Source of the DNA: a virus
Lineage: Duplodnaviria; Heunggongvirae; Uroviricota; Caudoviricetes
DNA length: 64,000 nt
Virus record (IMG/VR): IMGVR_UViG_3300033121_001335
Coordinates: 1 to 64,000 of that record
Reading direction: 5' to 3' (one strand)
Made by a program: the position numbers and the translations under genes. Of this stretch, positions 61,688 through 64,000 are shown piece after piece (the first letter of the stretch is position 1; each line of letters opens with the position of its first letter). The notes beneath the pieces were generated by a model, which saw nothing but the letters and a program-made list of their open reading frames with translations, did not search any database and had not been told where the DNA came from.

Positions 61688-62165
61688 AGCTAAAGACAGG
61701 GCTGATTTATACCATAAAATATATGTATACAAACAAAGAAGAGACAAAATTAGAGAAACCTATGGATGGAAAAATGGGGTAAAGGCTGTGGACGAATACA
61801 AACACGCTGTGTTCAATATAAATGAAAAAATAAAACATTGGGAAAAAATGATAGATGTTATAGATAAGAATAATATAAAACTAATAGCTATTTCAAACGC
61901 AATAATATATTTTTTTGGTGTGGATATTAAAAAATCCATATTAAATATGTCTCCTAGATGGAAAGAAGCTAAAAATGTATTTTATAAATATTGCTTAGAA
62001 AATAACATATCTGCTACATTAGTGGCTGAATATGTTGGGGCTAGTAGGGGAGATGTGGTAGCAAGAGCTAGGCTTAAATTTACTAAAAGTTTTGAAAAAA
62101 TCCCCAAAAATAAAGAAATTTATATGAATTTTTGTTCATATATAAAAGAATTGTCAGGACAATAA
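61674..62165 (+). CDS. HTH DNA-binding protein (DnaA domain IV-like impression)
   Basis: NISATLVAEYVGASRGDVVARARLKF. Confidence 0.5.
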   Translation: MKLYRAKDRADLYHKIYVYKQRRDKIRETYGWKNGVKAVDEYKHAVFNINEKIKHWEKMIDVIDKNNIKLIAISNAIIYFFGVDIKKSILNMSPRWKEAKNVFYKYCLENNISATLVAEYVGASRGDVVARARLKFTKSFEKIPKNKEIYMNFCSYIKELSGQ

Positions 62166-62237
62166 TTTATAATTTAAACAGGGGCTTTAAAGGAGCTCCT
62201 CTACGGGTTAAATAATTGAGTAACTATTCCTGATAAT

Positions 62238-62276
62238 AGGCCGGATATTCTCTATATCTGGCCTTTATTTTTTTGT
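62238..62276 (+). terminator. intrinsic terminator
   Basis: AGGCCGGATAT/ATATCTGGCCT plus a T-run. Confidence 0.7.
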
Positions 62277-62295
62277 TTATTTAGAGAAATATGTG

Positions 62296-62303
62296 TATAT
62301 TTG
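62296..62303 (+). promoter_or_regulatory. -7 promoter box TATATTTG (extended TGTGTATATTTG)
   Basis: 19 nt upstream of the recA-like ATG. Confidence 0.5.
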
Positions 62304-62322
62304 TAAAAAATAATGACACATT

Positions 62323-63387
62323 ATGGCAAAAGCAAAAAAAGCAGAAAAAATATTAGAAAAGAAAAATGATGGATTTGCCTCTATGGAGGAAAAATTTGGA
62401 AAAGGGATAATGATAAAGGCCTCTACTAAGAAATTAGAAGAAGTGAAAGAGTGGGGGAGTACGGGCAGTTTAACTTTGGATAACGCTGTCGGGGGGCTAG
62501 GAATACCTAAAGGCTTATGCACCTGCATATTGGGGAAAGAAAGTAGCTCTAAAACCACTCTGGCTTTACATATTATCAAAGAAGACCAGAAAAAGGGTAA
62601 TGTATGCTGTTTTTTAGATGCTGAGGATAGTTTAGACCTAAAATATGCTGAAGCTATCGGAGTTGACTTAGATATGCTCCATATAGTGGATAGAGAAGGC
62701 TTATTAAAGAGTTTGGGAGTGAAAGATAGAGAAATACTATCAGGAGAGGAATGGCTGGAATTCGCTTGCAAGGTGCTTAAAAGCAATATATACGGCACTG
62801 TAGTGTTTGATAGTGTAGCTTGTTTAATTCCTATGGCTGAAATTATGCAGGGTATTCAAGGAGGAAGACTGGCTGGAGTGGCTTCTATGATGGCTAAAGC
62901 TTACAGAGCTGTAAATGCAGCTATGACTGTTAGTAAAAGTGCTTTTGTTTATTTAAATCAATATCGAATGAATCCGGGGGGATATGTACCCCTTGTTGAG
63001 CCGGGCGGCGAAGCTTGGAAATATCTACAAGCTCTGAAAATAGAGATTAGTAAAAGTGTTGATAAAGATGCCAATGGAGCTTACGGTATTATGGTAAAGG
63101 GCAAAATCACTAAATCCAAGGTGTGCATACCATATAAAACCTTTGAATACTATGTCGAATTTGGTAAGGGTATTGTACGGGAAAAAGAAGTGTTAGATTT
63201 AGCTCTTCAAATGGGTTATATAAAGAAAAGTGGTAGTTGGTATAGCGATGATAATGGAGAAAAATTAGGACAGGGTGAAGATTCTGTACTGAAATTGTTT
63301 AATGATAATCCTGAATATTATAAAGAATTGGAAGACAGGGTGTTATCAAATTTAGGAAATATAAAAATAACAGAAAATGGAGAATAA
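62323..63387 (+). CDS. recA: RecA-like recombinase with atypical Walker A (GKESSSKT)
   Basis: FGKG.IM..STGSLTLDNAVGGLGIPKG..ILGKESSSKTTLALH..CCFLDAEDSLD..GVDLD aligns by eye with RecA. Confidence 0.85.
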   Translation: MAKAKKAEKILEKKNDGFASMEEKFGKGIMIKASTKKLEEVKEWGSTGSLTLDNAVGGLGIPKGLCTCILGKESSSKTTLALHIIKEDQKKGNVCCFLDAEDSLDLKYAEAIGVDLDMLHIVDREGLLKSLGVKDREILSGEEWLEFACKVLKSNIYGTVVFDSVACLIPMAEIMQGIQGGRLAGVASMMAKAYRAVNAAMTVSKSAFVYLNQYRMNPGGYVPLVEPGGEAWKYLQALKIEISKSVDKDANGAYGIMVKGKITKSKVCIPYKTFEYYVEFGKGIVREKEVLDLALQMGYIKKSGSWYSDDNGEKLGQGEDSVLKLFNDNPEYYKELEDRVLSNLGNIKITENGE

Positions 63388-63751
63388 TATAAAAGCTGAT
63401 GTAACACTAAAATCTCTAAAGACCAGACTAGAGAAAGAAAAAGCTGAGAGTAGTGCTATAACTAAGCAAATAAACCAATTAAAAGAGGACCAAAAAGTGC
63501 ATAATAGCAGGATTAGTTCTTTAATGTATCAGATAAAGGAATTGACAAAAGAAGATTTAATTGTTTCAGAACATGCTCTTTTGCAATTTTTAAGACGGGT
63601 GGAATTGGTAAATATAGAAGAAGCAGAAAAGAAAATACTAACACCGGAAGTGATAAGAATTTGGAAGGTGTTGGGAGATACATCTATACCAATAGGTATA
63701 GGGGAACATGTGGCTGTTATTAAGAATGGAGTTGTGACAACGATTATTTAA
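63377..63751 (+). CDS. hypothetical coiled-coil protein
   Basis: ORF track. Confidence 0.6.
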   Translation: MENNIKADVTLKSLKTRLEKEKAESSAITKQINQLKEDQKVHNSRISSLMYQIKELTKEDLIVSEHALLQFLRRVELVNIEEAEKKILTPEVIRIWKVLGDTSIPIGIGEHVAVIKNGVVTTII

Positions 63752-63764
63752 TTAAATATAAACT

Positions 63765-63962
63765 ATGAGTTTACAAGAAGATGTTTCGAGAGAATTGAAT
63801 GGAAATAGCATAGAGGATTTAGAAAATTTAGCAGAATGGTGGCTATCCCATGAATATAATCCTAATATGTGGGAGGATGTAGATACATACAATAAAAGAA
63901 AGGATATGGTGATACCGATGATAATGGAAGCTAAATTAAATAAATATGAAGAGGACTATTGA
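63765..63962 (+). CDS. hypothetical acidic protein
   Basis: ORF track. Confidence 0.55.
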   Translation: MSLQEDVSRELNGNSIEDLENLAEWWLSHEYNPNMWEDVDTYNKRKDMVIPMIMEAKLNKYEEDY

Positions 63963-64000
63963 ACAAAAACAAGCAACAACGGAGCTACACGAGTGGCTCC
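63946..64000 (+). CDS. partial ORF running off the right edge
   Basis: ATG at 63946, MKRTIEQKQATTELHEWL.., open to the window end. Confidence 0.25.
   Translation, partial: MKRTIEQKQATTELHEWL

Noticed and set aside
62277-62798. 173-aa minus-strand ORF
   Set aside because: It is antisense to the clearly RecA-like gene 62323..63387. The same reasoning applies to other antisense or overlapping-frame track ORFs: 1686..1910, 2155..2400, 4658..4975, 5730..6008, 6347..6980 group, 7815..8464 group, 8546..8743, 9472..10264, 11170..11412, 11893..12129, 15556..15807, 16086..16337, 16474..16743, 17027..17212, 18862..19053, 19413..19649, 23502..23687, 24201..24410, 24694..24906, 25210..25437, 25895..26113, 26482..26673, 28177..28407, 34127..34390, 34888..35106, 35738..35992, 36856..37053, 37828..38160, 38199..38429, 39867..40097, 40708..41856 group, 44687..44968, 46635..46832, 47197..47958 group, 48347..48529, 49982..50230, 52051..52389, 52932..53309, 53651..53848, 54302..54490, 54933..55470 group, 55929..56150, 56909..57148, 58380..59232 group, 60168..60350 and 60489..60854.

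Overview
This window is 64 kb of an AT-rich, densely coding tailed-phage genome. The host is probably of the Bacteroidota/Flavobacteriia type, judging from TAnnTTTG -7 promoter boxes, A-rich leaders without Shine-Dalgarno sequences, and a lipobox ending SSC. All functional calls rest on motifs read by eye; no database or folding software was available. Layout: (i) 1-18.55 kb, minus strand: about 15 small unknown genes, then terminase large subunit, portal, SPFH/band-7-like protein, acidic scaffold-like protein, major-capsid candidate, three structural unknowns, holin-like protein, Amidase_3 endolysin and Cys-rich proteins. (ii) 18.56-23.0 kb: a divergent control region plus two ORF-free blocks of about 1.35 kb. 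The first block carries three copies of a 21-bp palindromic operator-like site. The second holds a segment of about 1.1 kb with nested long-range helices, a candidate large structured RNA. (iii) 23-28.2 kb: an accessory/lysogeny-like module with a XerC/D-type tyrosine recombinase. About 0.9 kb downstream of it lies a tmRNA-like element whose T-arm/acceptor-3' piece sits upstream of its GGGG 5' piece (circular permutation, or alternatively an attP core). (iv) 27.2-43 kb, plus strand: a hyperplastic array of roughly 50 small genes. At least 22 of them end in the same C-terminal peptide ..[EP][LQ][IL]FN-stop, encoded by ..TTAATATTTAATTAA at the gene junction. (v) 40-64 kb: a replication/recombination module with family-A DNA polymerase, DnaB-like helicase, SF2 helicase, P-loop ATPase, gp2.5-like SSB candidate, primase-like protein, UNG-like protein with GQSPYH, PD-(D/E)XK nuclease, HNH, deoxyribonucleotidase and a RecA-like protein. 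This module is interrupted by a five-gene ubiquitin-like conjugation cassette: beta-grasp Ubl candidate, E2-like candidate, JAMM/JAB peptidase, ThiF/E1-like enzyme and one unknown.
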